A DNA stretch of 27,707 nucleotides, from positions 1-27,707 of the forward strand of contig JBDNDT010000001.1 of the NCBI GenBank assembly GCA_046718985.1, read 5' to 3'. Origin of the DNA: Cytophagales bacterium. GTDB taxonomy: Bacteria > Bacteroidota > Bacteroidia > Cytophagales > UBA9547. Below, piece after piece: positions 15,369 to 24,410 of the stretch (position 1 is its first letter; every line of letters begins with the position of its first letter). The notes below the pieces were generated by a model. That model was given only the letters and a program-made list of their open reading frames with translations, was not told the origin of the DNA and made no database searches. A program made the position numbers and the translations under genes.

Positions 15369-17332
15369 AAATCCAAATACTTTTCGATTCTTCCGGGAAC
15401 TCTTTCACGTCTTATGGCTTTGTTCAGATTCAAAACCTTTTCATTTTGGTGGTTTTTAACTAAAGTTCTAACACGGCTGTTTAATTTCATGATTTTGTTG
15501 AATTCAGCATTCACTTGTTCACAAGTTTTTGCATTTAACAGTAGAGTTGCATAGTTGAAAAGCAAAATATTGGAAGCGTTTTGGATGTTTTCCAGAATTT
15601 TAGACTCCAACTTTCTGAAATCGAAAGGATTGTCTTTATAAAGAGTGAAAAGAGAATCATTCCAAAATTTTGACATCTCACCAATTCTATCCAATTGTTT
15701 TTTTTGTTGATTCAAAAACCCATAATAACAAATTAGATTGTTTGCCAAACTGATGACCTCGGTTTGTGGAAGTGAGTTGTTGATGTATTTGGTTTTCAAA
15801 GGAGTAACCACTCTTTCATTTAAACTCAAGAAAAGTTTATTCGAAAAGCTCAATTTGGAAGCTTCACTTTGAGAAAGATTCTGCTTTATGATATAGTTTT
15901 CTTGAAGCATTTTCTCATTTTTTGAGATTACCTGCTCAAGACTGTCAATGATTTCTTGGTTTTCATAAGTGACTAAGTTCATTTTGATTTGCTTGATTGT
16001 TGACAATGACTGTTTCTTGAGGTCTTGAAAATATTGATCTAAATTCTGCAACAAGTTATCTGAACGGTCGATCAAAGGCTCTATTTTGACCGAAATTTTT
16101 GCATTGGTCATTTCAATGCTATCGGTTTTGTGCAAACCGGGAACACCTGATTCGTAGTATTTTTCCCTTTGCCTGAAATCAAAATACCCGCTTTCAATTT
16201 TGTCAACAACCTTGCTAATTGTGTCTAATTTTGAGCTGAAAAGTGCTAAAATCAAGCATTTTTTATTGATAGAATCAGACATGTTTCTCCTCAACATCAC
16301 GCTTGGTTTGGAAAGAAATTGATTGATAGATGAATTTAAAGAATCACAAGCATTTTTCAATCGGCTGATAATTGGCTTTTCGGTAGTGTCATAAACGTAT
16401 TGAAACCTTCGGGTTAGTTTCAAGACAATGTTTTTCTTTTTTGTGTGACCCAAAAAACCATAAATTGAATCACTTAACAAAAAAACATCCTCCATTATTG
16501 AATTTCCTTCTGATTGTTGTGTCAGCCTGGCATCGTATGTAGGATAACCAATATTGAATTTTGTTCCAAAATACTGTTGAGATATTTTATAGTTCAGTCT
16601 CTTTGGGTCTTCCTTGAGTTTTTCCAACAACTCTTTCACCTCAGAATATTCGATTTTGACTTGAACTTCTTGACTAGCCATGTCTTTTTTTTCCAATTCA
16701 ATCAAAAATCCGTTTTCATATTTTCTTTTTTCAAAAATTTTATTGTTTCCTTCTTTGTAAAACATCTCAAGCCAACCCTCTAAAAATCCTTCATCATTGG
16801 TTTTTCCTTTGATGCTTCTGTTATTAAAATTGAAAAAAAAATCACCTTTGAGGGTGTCTGAGTCGAAAAACAATTTGAGGATTTTATTTTTGATTCCGTA
16901 CCTTTCTTTTGCTATTTGCCTTTCAAATAATTCAACGTTTCCGTTGAGCAAGTCTTGTTTAAAATGAACAGAACATTCTTTTTCAGAACCAGTCATGGTA
17001 GTAGTTAATTTCACGTCAAATTGTCTTTTGACAATCTCTTCATGAATGAAAAAATGATTGAGTTTAACTTGCCATTTTCCTGTTTTCAAGTTGTTTTGGT
17101 AAAAACCTGAAACAAAAAGGTCAGAAACCTGAAAAGTGTCATTTTTCACAAATCTTTGCGGATTTGAAAAGAAGAAGTATTTTCCGTTTCTGGTTTTTTC
17201 GCCTTCTGATTGTGTTATTTGGAATTTTTCTTTTCCACAAAACTTGGCATTGCAATGGTGGGTTTCCTGCCATGCAGTTTGGGCGAATATGAAACAGGGC
17301 AGAAAAAGAAAGTATATAAGTAGCTTTTTCAT
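15365..17332 (-). CDS. Exported hypothetical protein with MORN-variant-like N-terminal hairpins and long helical C-terminal region
   Basis: 655 aa; signal peptide MKKLLIYFLFLPCFIFA; repeats such as GFYQNNLKTGKWQV, GFLEGWLEMFY and KYENGFLIE; Leu/Lys/Gln-rich helical C-half; ATGA overlaps with both neighbours. Confidence 0.65.
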   Translation of the reverse strand: MKKLLIYFLFLPCFIFAQTAWQETHHCNAKFCGKEKFQITQSEGEKTRNGKYFFFSNPQRFVKNDTFQVSDLFVSGFYQNNLKTGKWQVKLNHFFIHEEIVKRQFDVKLTTTMTGSEKECSVHFKQDLLNGNVELFERQIAKERYGIKNKILKLFFDSDTLKGDFFFNFNNRSIKGKTNDEGFLEGWLEMFYKEGNNKIFEKRKYENGFLIELEKKDMASQEVQVKIEYSEVKELLEKLKEDPKRLNYKISQQYFGTKFNIGYPTYDARLTQQSEGNSIMEDVFLLSDSIYGFLGHTKKKNIVLKLTRRFQYVYDTTEKPIISRLKNACDSLNSSINQFLSKPSVMLRRNMSDSINKKCLILALFSSKLDTISKVVDKIESGYFDFRQREKYYESGVPGLHKTDSIEMTNAKISVKIEPLIDRSDNLLQNLDQYFQDLKKQSLSTIKQIKMNLVTYENQEIIDSLEQVISKNEKMLQENYIIKQNLSQSEASKLSFSNKLFLSLNERVVTPLKTKYINNSLPQTEVISLANNLICYYGFLNQQKKQLDRIGEMSKFWNDSLFTLYKDNPFDFRKLESKILENIQNASNILLFNYATLLLNAKTCEQVNAEFNKIMKLNSRVRTLVKNHQNEKVLNLNKAIRRERVPGRIEKYLDL

Positions 17333-18024
17333 TTTCCGGTCTTTTTAAATTTTAACCTCCTGAATAAAAAAAAGCCTGCATCAAAATTGAAAGTATGCAT
17401 CATGCCTTGGTCAGCTCTTTCAAACTTAACGAATCCATAATAAGATCTTGATCGAAAGAAAAAATCTCGGTGTTCAGCACTGAACCCAAAGAACCAGCCG
17501 AAATCAACATCATGGAAATTTTTGGGTTGAAATCTAACTTCAGATGAATCACTCAAAATATGAAATGTTTGAGAGGTCACAGAATTTAATCTTGTTCCCA
17601 GATTTGCCCCTAGCAAAAACCTAAAATCAAACTTCTTCAACACGGGCAATTCAAAGGCAAAAGAAATAGGGATATTGAGGTATAAACTTTTGATTTTTTC
17701 TGTTTGGGCATTGGTTTTATAAAAAAAGTTTCGCTCTGTCATATTCAATCCTGTGCTCATGAACATCAAGCCATACATAGGGAAATATTTCTCTATCCCA
17801 AAGTTGAAACCCGGTGCATAAGCAAGATTTCTGAATAGTTTACTGTAATACAAATTTGAAGTGCTGACACCTGCTAAGAAATAAACATCGTCAAAAAAAA
17901 TAGCAACTTTTGAAAGATTCACTTTAGAAATCATCAACGAGTCGGCGTCTTCATTTTGTATTTGGGCGTTGACTGAAATCAGTGAAAGCAACCCCAACAA
18001 AAGAAAAAATGAAACTTTTTTCAT
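17329..18024 (-). CDS. Outer-membrane beta-barrel (porin-family, OmpA-like barrel) protein
   Basis: Signal peptide from MKKVSFF (ATG 18024; the ORF-track TTG at 18054 is less likely); PGFNFGI, YLNIPISF and DFGWFFG strands typical of Bacteroidota 8-stranded barrels. Confidence 0.72.
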   Translation of the reverse strand: MKKVSFFLLLGLLSLISVNAQIQNEDADSLMISKVNLSKVAIFFDDVYFLAGVSTSNLYYSKLFRNLAYAPGFNFGIEKYFPMYGLMFMSTGLNMTERNFFYKTNAQTEKIKSLYLNIPISFAFELPVLKKFDFRFLLGANLGTRLNSVTSQTFHILSDSSEVRFQPKNFHDVDFGWFFGFSAEHRDFFFRSRSYYGFVKFERADQGMMHTFNFDAGFFLFRRLKFKKTGK

Positions 18025-18493
18025 GAAAAGAAGTGAATCAAAGAGATGATTCAAAGACCATCATTTTGACTCTTTTTCTAGCATTTGAGAACGAAAATAA
18101 AACCAAATCTAAAGAAAATAGATATTAGAGCCAAAAAAATCCCATTCAAAACACTAATAGTGATTTTAAATGGGCAATAATCAAAACGAATGAACATTAC
18201 GGTTGTTTCTTTTGGTGATTTGACAATAAGCAGAAGTGTTGTTTGTGAAAGATATGGTAAAACTTACTAATCTTGTTAGGTTTCTCCACCGGTCAATTTT
18301 TTCAGGATTTGACGACAACTGCCAAGGGAATGTGAAATAGAACAGATTATTTCAAGATTATCATTTTGTTAAGAATCGTAAACAGCAATATTAATACACA
18401 GGTTAAACATCTGTTTATCAGCACAATATCTCTTGTTGTGTTTTGTCATAAAAACCACTGACTTTTATCATTATTCCCCATTTGCACTAAGCT

Positions 18494-18501
18494 TAGATTT
18501 G
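18494..18501 (+). promoter_or_regulatory. -7 promoter element for the exbB operon
   Basis: TAGATTTG matches TAnnTTTG, ending 23 bp upstream of the exbB ATG. Confidence 0.5.
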
Positions 18502-18524
18502 GTTCGTAATCAATTTCTTCTCCC

Positions 18525-19364
18525 ATGAAAACATTTCTCATCAAGCTTTTTAAAAACCTAAGTTCAGGATTAGCAACTGTTGTCATTCCTCTGTCTTTTT
18601 TACTCTCTTATTTTGTTTATGACCTTTTGCTCGGAAGTCCTTCTAATTTTGAAGGAGGCGTGGTGGGAGGCCAACCTTTGCCGGGAAATTTTTATGGCAT
18701 CATTTACAAAGGGGGTTTCATTGTCATCGTCTTGCTCGCCTTTGCCATCATTCTCATCACCTTTGTGGTGGAAAGACTTTTGGTGCTGATGGCAGCAGGT
18801 GGAAAAGGCAATATCAATGAATTTATTGTTCAAATTAGAACGGCACTAGATGAGAAAAAAATCGAAGAAGCCAAAGCCATTTGTGACCAACAAAAAGGAA
18901 CGGTTGCCAATGTCATCAAATCGGGTTTGATCACCTATGCCGCAGTCTTGCATGATGAACACATGTTCAAAGACCAAAAAATTGCAGCCATCCAAAAAAA
19001 CATTGATGAAACGGCCAATCTTGAACTTCCTGTTTTGGAAAACAACTTGATTATCATTTCAACCCTTTCCACCATTGCCACGCTATATGGTCTTTTAGGC
19101 ACTGTCACCGGAATCATCAAATCGTTTGCCGCCTTGGCAAGAGTGGGTGCCCCTGATGCGGTGGGCTTGGCAAACGGAATCTCAGAAGCCTTAACCACAA
19201 CCGCCATCGGAATTGTGATTGGTTCTTTTGCCGTGATATTCTATAATTTTTTCAGCAGCAAAATCACCGCCATTTCTCACAAAATTGACGAAGCTGAGAT
19301 GGTGGTGGTGAATGCTTTCAACAAAAATTATAGCACAAATGCTGAAAATGTGGTCTTAAATTGA
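18525..19364 (+). CDS. exbB: MotA/TolQ/ExbB proton channel protein
   Basis: Motifs TIATLYGLLGTVTGIIKSF and GISEALTTTAIGI; first gene of an exbB-exbD-exbD-tonB array. Confidence 0.92.
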   Translation: MKTFLIKLFKNLSSGLATVVIPLSFLLSYFVYDLLLGSPSNFEGGVVGGQPLPGNFYGIIYKGGFIVIVLLAFAIILITFVVERLLVLMAAGGKGNINEFIVQIRTALDEKKIEEAKAICDQQKGTVANVIKSGLITYAAVLHDEHMFKDQKIAAIQKNIDETANLELPVLENNLIIISTLSTIATLYGLLGTVTGIIKSFAALARVGAPDAVGLANGISEALTTTAIGIVIGSFAVIFYNFFSSKITAISHKIDEAEMVVVNAFNKNYSTNAENVVLN

Positions 19365-19376
19365 TTGAACACAGCA

Positions 19377-19970
19377 ATGACAACTCGAAAAAGAATTTCT
19401 CAAGACAACCCAAGAGTTGATTTGAATCCCTTTGTGGACATGGCTTTTCAACTCATCATCTTCTTCATGCTCACCACCTCTTTCAAGGTGGATGAACCGG
19501 CAGAGATTGCGGTTCCATCCTCTGCATCAGAAATCAAACTACCTGAAAATGATGTGGTGATTTTGTCGGTTGACAAAGATGGAAAAGTATATTTTGACGT
19601 GGACGGAAAATTCACCCGAGAAAGACTGATCAAAAACATCAACAGCAAATTCAATTTAGGATTGCAGGAATCAGAGTTTAAAAAATTTTCATTATTGAGA
19701 GGCTTTGGGCTTCCTTTGGGTCAACTCAAAGCTTATCTCAGCTTGAAAGACCAAGACAGAAAATTGTTCCCCCAAACAGGAATTCCTGATGAGGCGGAAA
19801 ACAATGAACTCAATGCATGGATTGTGATGGCAAGAATGGCCAACCCAAAAGCAAGGTTTGCCATCAAAGCAGACAGAACCCTTCAATATCCCAAGGTGAA
19901 ACTAGTCATCGAAACTCTGAGAGCCAACAACATCAACCGATTCAACCTTTTAACCGATTTGAGAAAATGA
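19377..19970 (+). CDS. exbD: ExbD/TolR biopolymer transport protein 1
   Basis: DLNPFVDMAFQLIIFFMLTTSF TM with conserved Asp; C-terminal IKADRTLQYPKVKLVIETL...FNLLT. ATG 19377 is preferred (TTG at 19365 is in frame). Confidence 0.9.
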   Translation: MTTRKRISQDNPRVDLNPFVDMAFQLIIFFMLTTSFKVDEPAEIAVPSSASEIKLPENDVVILSVDKDGKVYFDVDGKFTRERLIKNINSKFNLGLQESEFKKFSLLRGFGLPLGQLKAYLSLKDQDRKLFPQTGIPDEAENNELNAWIVMARMANPKARFAIKADRTLQYPKVKLVIETLRANNINRFNLLTDLRK

Positions 19971-20506
19971 AAACCAAATCTAATATCAAAACTTTTGAAG
20001 AAGTGAAAGAGGTGCTCAGTTTTTATGAAAAGAAACGAGAAAAAGGAAAACTTAAAGAGGCACCAAGAATTGACATGAATCCTGTGTGTGACCTTGCTTT
20101 TCAGTTGATTATTTTTTTCATGCTTGCCACCACCTTCACAAGACCGCAAACCATGGAAATCGCAATGCCTGTCAAAAACAAAGCCAATGAAGAGCCTTTA
20201 GAAATCAAAGAAAGCAAAGCCCTCAACCTTGTGTTGCATGAAAATAATCAACTTTTTTGGTTTCTCGGAAATGATGTCGAACATTCAAAAGCCACTGACT
20301 ATTCAACTGAAGGCTTGAGAAAATTATTATTAGCCAAAAACAAAGAAATTGAAGATATGATGGTTTTGATTAAACCAGGAAAACTGTCCACCTATAGAAA
20401 TTTGGTTGATGTTTTAGATGAAATGAACATCACAGAAACCAAAAGGTATGCAATTGTTGAACTCAGCGAAAATGAATTGAAAGCAATATTATTGAATTTT
20501 TTATGA
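19967..20506 (+). CDS. exbD: ExbD/TolR biopolymer transport protein 2
   Basis: DMNPVCDLAFQLIIFFMLATTF TM; IKPGKLSTYRNLVDVLDEM...YAIV. The start at 19967 is an ATGA overlap with exbD1; the ORF-track extension to 19817 overlaps exbD1 and is unlikely. Confidence 0.9.
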   Translation: MKTKSNIKTFEEVKEVLSFYEKKREKGKLKEAPRIDMNPVCDLAFQLIIFFMLATTFTRPQTMEIAMPVKNKANEEPLEIKESKALNLVLHENNQLFWFLGNDVEHSKATDYSTEGLRKLLLAKNKEIEDMMVLIKPGKLSTYRNLVDVLDEMNITETKRYAIVELSENELKAILLNFL

Positions 20507-21360
20507 TTATCCGTTCAAACCACAAAAGACTGGATGAAATTTTGTTTGAAAACAAAAACATTGAATTTGGTGCATTTTTTATCAGAAGCCAAAAGAAAAT
20601 ATTCATCGCAATTGGTTTTCTTTCAGCATTTTCGATAGTGTTGGCTGTTGCCGCTTATCCAAAAGTGAAAGAATGGTTCGAAAAAGAACCGGAGAAATAT
20701 TTAGATGAGATGATTCCTGTTCATGTGATCAACTTCAATGAGTTAGCCCCTCCCCCATCCATTGAAAAACCCATTCAACAATCAAGTGCCGAGATGATTA
20801 GCTCATCTGCAAAGTTCACCGAGCCTGTGGTCAAAAAAGACGAACTGGTGAAAGATGAAGCCCCTCCCACACAATCAGAATTGAAGTCGGTGAACCCGGG
20901 AACTCAAAACGTGAAAGGCAACGACAGTCTATTTTATTCGGGAAACCTGATTCCGGTTCTACATGAAGAAAAACCCGAACCCATAAAAACCGAAGCCCCA
21001 AAACCCAAATTGCCTGAAAAAGAGGAAGTGTTCATTATGGTTGAAAAAATGCCTGTTTTTCCAGGTGGAGACATTGAAATGTTAAGATTTTTGTCGAAAA
21101 ACATTCGATATCCAAAACAAGCCATTCAAATGGGCATAGAAGGTAGGGTGTTTATTCAGTTCACAGTAGGCAAAGACGGCTGCATCAAAGATGTGAAAAT
21201 CGTGAAGGGAATTGGAGGCGGCTGTGAAGAAGAAGCGCTGCGAGTGGTGAATTTGATGCCTGCATGGGAGCCGGGAATGATGAACGACAAAGCCGTTGCC
21301 GTGAAATTTGTGATACCTGTCAACTTTAAATTCTCTGAAAAAGAGCGAATGTCGAATTAA
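20503..21360 (+). CDS. tonB: TonB energy transducer
   Basis: N-terminal LDEILFENKNIEFGAFFIR plus a TM helix; Pro/Glu-rich linker; TonB_C domain VEKMPVFPGG...IRYPKQA...EGRVFIQFTVGKDG...EEALRVV...WEPG. Confidence 0.92.
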   Translation: MIIRSNHKRLDEILFENKNIEFGAFFIRSQKKIFIAIGFLSAFSIVLAVAAYPKVKEWFEKEPEKYLDEMIPVHVINFNELAPPPSIEKPIQQSSAEMISSSAKFTEPVVKKDELVKDEAPPTQSELKSVNPGTQNVKGNDSLFYSGNLIPVLHEEKPEPIKTEAPKPKLPEKEEVFIMVEKMPVFPGGDIEMLRFLSKNIRYPKQAIQMGIEGRVFIQFTVGKDGCIKDVKIVKGIGGGCEEEALRVVNLMPAWEPGMMNDKAVAVKFVIPVNFKFSEKERMSN

Positions 21361-21527
21361 GTTAATTTCGCAATTGATGTCTTAGTAAGTTTGTAAGCAA
21401 AAACACTATCAAAGGATAAAATTATGATTTTAAGTTATTTGAATGAAAATAATCCAAATTACACTACAGCTTAATTAGGGTTCGTTTTTGCTTTTCAATA
21501 TTTTTTTGTTAAGAGGTCTTACTTGGC

Positions 21528-21535
21528 TATATTTG
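21528..21535 (+). promoter_or_regulatory. -7 promoter element for the glycosyltransferase operon
   Basis: TATATTTG ending 16 bp upstream of the ATG at 21552. Confidence 0.5.
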
Positions 21536-21551
21536 AAAAATTTTTTTAGCT

Positions 21552-22625
21552 ATGAAATTCTTTTTTGTTGTTCAAGGTGAAGGTAGAGGGCATATGACAC
21601 AGGCCATTGCCTTAGAGGAAATGCTTTTGTCACACGGTCACCAAGTGGTACAAGTCTTGGTTGGGAAAAGTGAGAGAAGAAAAGTTCCTCAGTTTTTTTA
21701 TGATAAAATAAAAGCCCCGATAGACACATTCGAAAGCCCTAATTTCGTCACTGACAAACTCAACAAATCAATAGACATTTTTGGCACCATTGTTTTCAAT
21801 CTCAAAAAGCAGAAAACATTTTTCGCCAACATGAAAAAGATAGACCAGTTTGTGAAAGCCACAAATCCTGATGTGATTGTCAATTTTTATGATCTCTTGG
21901 CCGGAATGTATTCTGGTTTATACAAGCCAAAGGCAAAGTTTGTAGTGGTAGGCCATCAATATTTTTTACAACATCCCAAATTTGAGTTCCCCAAAGGCAG
22001 GGCATTAGAGCGATTCTTAGTGAATGTGAACTCTAACATCACAGCAAGCAGAGCATCCAAAAAACTCGCATTGTCATTCAGAAAAGAAACTGATTATAAA
22101 AATATTTTAGTAGTTCCGCCATTGCTGAGGAAAGAAGTCTTGACACTTAACCCCGAAGCGGGCGAGTCAATTTTAGGATATTCAGTGAACCATGGCTATG
22201 GCGAAGATGTTCAAAAATGGCATGCAAACAACCGCGAAACCAAAATTGACTATTTTTGGGATCGCCCCCAAGAAGCCGAAGAGTTTGCTCCTCATCCCAA
22301 TATCACTTTTCACAAACTCAATGATGTGAAGTTTTTGGAAAAGATGAGAACTTGTGCAGGTTACATTTCAAGTGCCGGTTTTGAATCCATCTGCGAAGCC
22401 ATGTTTTTGGGCAAGCCAGTGATGATGATTCCAACTGAGGGTCAATACGAACAAGAATGCAATGCTGTTGATGCTGTGAAGTCAGGTGCCGGAATCTCAA
22501 GCAAAACATTTGATCTCGATAAATTCAAAGAATATCTCCCTAAACACAAAAGTGTGCACCATGAATTCAAAAAATGGTTGCAAGAATCTGAAAACCTATT
22601 CTTAAAACACTTGACTGAATGGTGA
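21552..22625 (+). CDS. GT-B glycosyltransferase (MJ1255/GT28-like)
   Basis: VQGEGRGHMTQA N-terminal motif; C-terminal SAGFESICEAMFLGKP...PTEGQYEQ..NA nucleotide-sugar-binding motif. Confidence 0.85.
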   Translation: MKFFFVVQGEGRGHMTQAIALEEMLLSHGHQVVQVLVGKSERRKVPQFFYDKIKAPIDTFESPNFVTDKLNKSIDIFGTIVFNLKKQKTFFANMKKIDQFVKATNPDVIVNFYDLLAGMYSGLYKPKAKFVVVGHQYFLQHPKFEFPKGRALERFLVNVNSNITASRASKKLALSFRKETDYKNILVVPPLLRKEVLTLNPEAGESILGYSVNHGYGEDVQKWHANNRETKIDYFWDRPQEAEEFAPHPNITFHKLNDVKFLEKMRTCAGYISSAGFESICEAMFLGKPVMMIPTEGQYEQECNAVDAVKSGAGISSKTFDLDKFKEYLPKHKSVHHEFKKWLQESENLFLKHLTEW

Positions 22626-23143
22626 TTAATTTTAATTTGTGGTCTAAACTATTTCTAATTTCATTCAGTTTGACGGCTTTTTTGTCACATGCACAAAAAA
22701 GAACTCAAGCGGATGAACAAGATGAAGATTTCTTTTCTTTGTTGCCAAGCTATTCGATTTCACAACAAAACATTAAGGATTCTTTGACTTCGGAAACCAA
22801 TCTTCAAGCATCCTTTGATTTCAGTGAAGAAAACCAAAAAGCAAAACTGATTAAAGCTAAAATGGATACCATTTTGGCTAGCTATCAGAACATCAAACTT
22901 GCTCAAGGATATAGGGTTCAGGTTTATTTCGGAACAAGTAAAGATGAAGTCAGAAGAGCTAAAGAAGCCGTTTACGCCATTTTGCCCGAAGTTGAAATTC
23001 ACACCACTTACAAGCAACCTGATTACAGGGTAAAAGTGGGTGATTTCTTAACAAAAGTAGAAGCTTTTAGTTGTTTGGGTAAGGTGGAGAAGGTTTTTCC
23101 AAACGCTCTCATAGTCCCCGATGTAGTGAATTTAAAAAAATAG
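22619..23143 (+). CDS. SPOR domain-containing exported protein
   Basis: Signal peptide; C-terminal GYRVQVY...PDYRVKVGDFLTKVEA...FPNALIV peptidoglycan-binding SPOR pattern. Confidence 0.82.
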   Translation: MVINFNLWSKLFLISFSLTAFLSHAQKRTQADEQDEDFFSLLPSYSISQQNIKDSLTSETNLQASFDFSEENQKAKLIKAKMDTILASYQNIKLAQGYRVQVYFGTSKDEVRRAKEAVYAILPEVEIHTTYKQPDYRVKVGDFLTKVEAFSCLGKVEKVFPNALIVPDVVNLKK

Positions 23144-23144
23144 A

Positions 23145-24338
23145 ATGCAACAAATCATTTCCAAAATCAAGGCAATTGCGAAAGAAGAGAAAGAAAATGT
23201 GATTTCTATCAGAAGGCACATCCATCAAAACCCCGAACTTTCATTTCAAGAACATCAAACAATGGCTTATGTTTCTGAAAAATTGTCTGAAATGGGTGTT
23301 GAGCATAAAACAGGAGTTGCAGGAACGGGAATTGTTGCCTCTATCAAAGGTAAAAATCCGAACAAGAAAACCATTGCTTTGAGGGCTGACATGGACGCAT
23401 TGCCGATTGAAGAACAAAACGAGGTATCTTACAAATCTAAAAACCAAGGGGTGATGCATGCTTGTGGTCATGATGTGCACACGTCATCTTTGCTGGGTGC
23501 CGCTAAGATATTGAGCAAAATGACTGACGATTTTGAAGGATGCATACAGTTGTTTTTTCAGCCGGGTGAAGAATTGATTCCAGGTGGTGCATCATTGATG
23601 ATCAAAGAAGGAGTGTTGGAAAACCCTAAAGTAGAAACTGTTATAGGTCAACATGTTATGCCACAAATCCCGGTTGGAAAAGTGGGTTTTCGCGAAGGCA
23701 TGTATATGGCAAGTGCAGATGAGATTTACCTAACTGTCGTTGGAAAGGGAGGTCATGCTGCAATGCCTGATTCTATAAACGACCCTGTTTTGGCAACAGC
23801 ACACATGCTAGTTGCATTGCAACAAGTGGTGAGCAGAATAGCCAACCCAAAAATCCCCAGCGTCTTGTCATTCGGAAAAATCATAGCGCAAGGAGCAACC
23901 AACATCATTCCCAATGAAGTGAAAGTAGAAGGCACTTTCAGAACTTTAGATGAGGAATGGAGAGCAAAAGCACATGAAAAAATCAACCAAATAGTTTCAG
24001 GAATAGCTGATGCCATGGGTGTGAAGGCTGAACTGGAAATCAGGAAAGGGTATCCTTATCTCAAAAATCACGTTGAGACCACTAAAATAGCTAAAACCGC
24101 AGCAATAGAATTTTTAGGGGCAGAAAATGTAATTGACTTAGACATTTGGATGGCAGCAGAAGATTTTGCTTATTACACCCAAAAAGCCAATGCGTGTTTT
24201 TATCGTCTTGGTGTGAGAAACGAATCAAAAAACATCGTTTCAGGTGTGCATACCCCCACTTTTGACATTGATGAAGATGTTCTGGAAATTGGATCAAGTT
24301 TAATGGCTTACATAGCCTTGAAAGAACTTGAAAATTAA
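23145..24338 (+). CDS. M20D-family amidohydrolase (hippurate/N-acyl-amino-acid hydrolase-like)
   Basis: RRHIHQNPELSFQE, ALRADMDALPI, MHACGHDVH, FQPGEE, GKGGHAA, AEDFAYY, HTPTFDIDE. Confidence 0.93.
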   Translation: MQQIISKIKAIAKEEKENVISIRRHIHQNPELSFQEHQTMAYVSEKLSEMGVEHKTGVAGTGIVASIKGKNPNKKTIALRADMDALPIEEQNEVSYKSKNQGVMHACGHDVHTSSLLGAAKILSKMTDDFEGCIQLFFQPGEELIPGGASLMIKEGVLENPKVETVIGQHVMPQIPVGKVGFREGMYMASADEIYLTVVGKGGHAAMPDSINDPVLATAHMLVALQQVVSRIANPKIPSVLSFGKIIAQGATNIIPNEVKVEGTFRTLDEEWRAKAHEKINQIVSGIADAMGVKAELEIRKGYPYLKNHVETTKIAKTAAIEFLGAENVIDLDIWMAAEDFAYYTQKANACFYRLGVRNESKNIVSGVHTPTFDIDEDVLEIGSSLMAYIALKELEN

Positions 24339-24410
24339 AAGCTTATTTTGAATGTTCTCTAAAACCGTCTTAAAAAATTAAGCTTTATCAAATGTTAAAT
24401 CTTGGGTCTT

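Noticed and set aside
16833-16841. A9 homopolymer (and T8 near 26133-26140) as possible phase-variation tracts
   Set aside because: The reading frames are intact, and such runs are common in AT-rich Phe/Lys codons.
18190-18270. 26-codon ORF MNITVVSFGDLTISRSVVCERYGKTY in the 18055-18524 intergenic region
   Set aside because: It is short with no recognisable motif or leader-peptide signature, and its length is compatible with chance.
18310-18350. AAGGGAATGTGAAA resembling the start of a cobalamin riboswitch upstream of exbB
   Set aside because: The downstream conserved elements (GGTG..AA.TCC, the CCC..AACTGT B12 box) and pairing stems are absent. An Rfam/Infernal scan would settle it.
24338-24386. 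AAAGCTTA...TAAGCTTT inverted repeat between the convergent M20 and amidohydrolase genes
   Set aside because: The stem is weak and AT-rich with a long loop, which is not enough to call a terminator.
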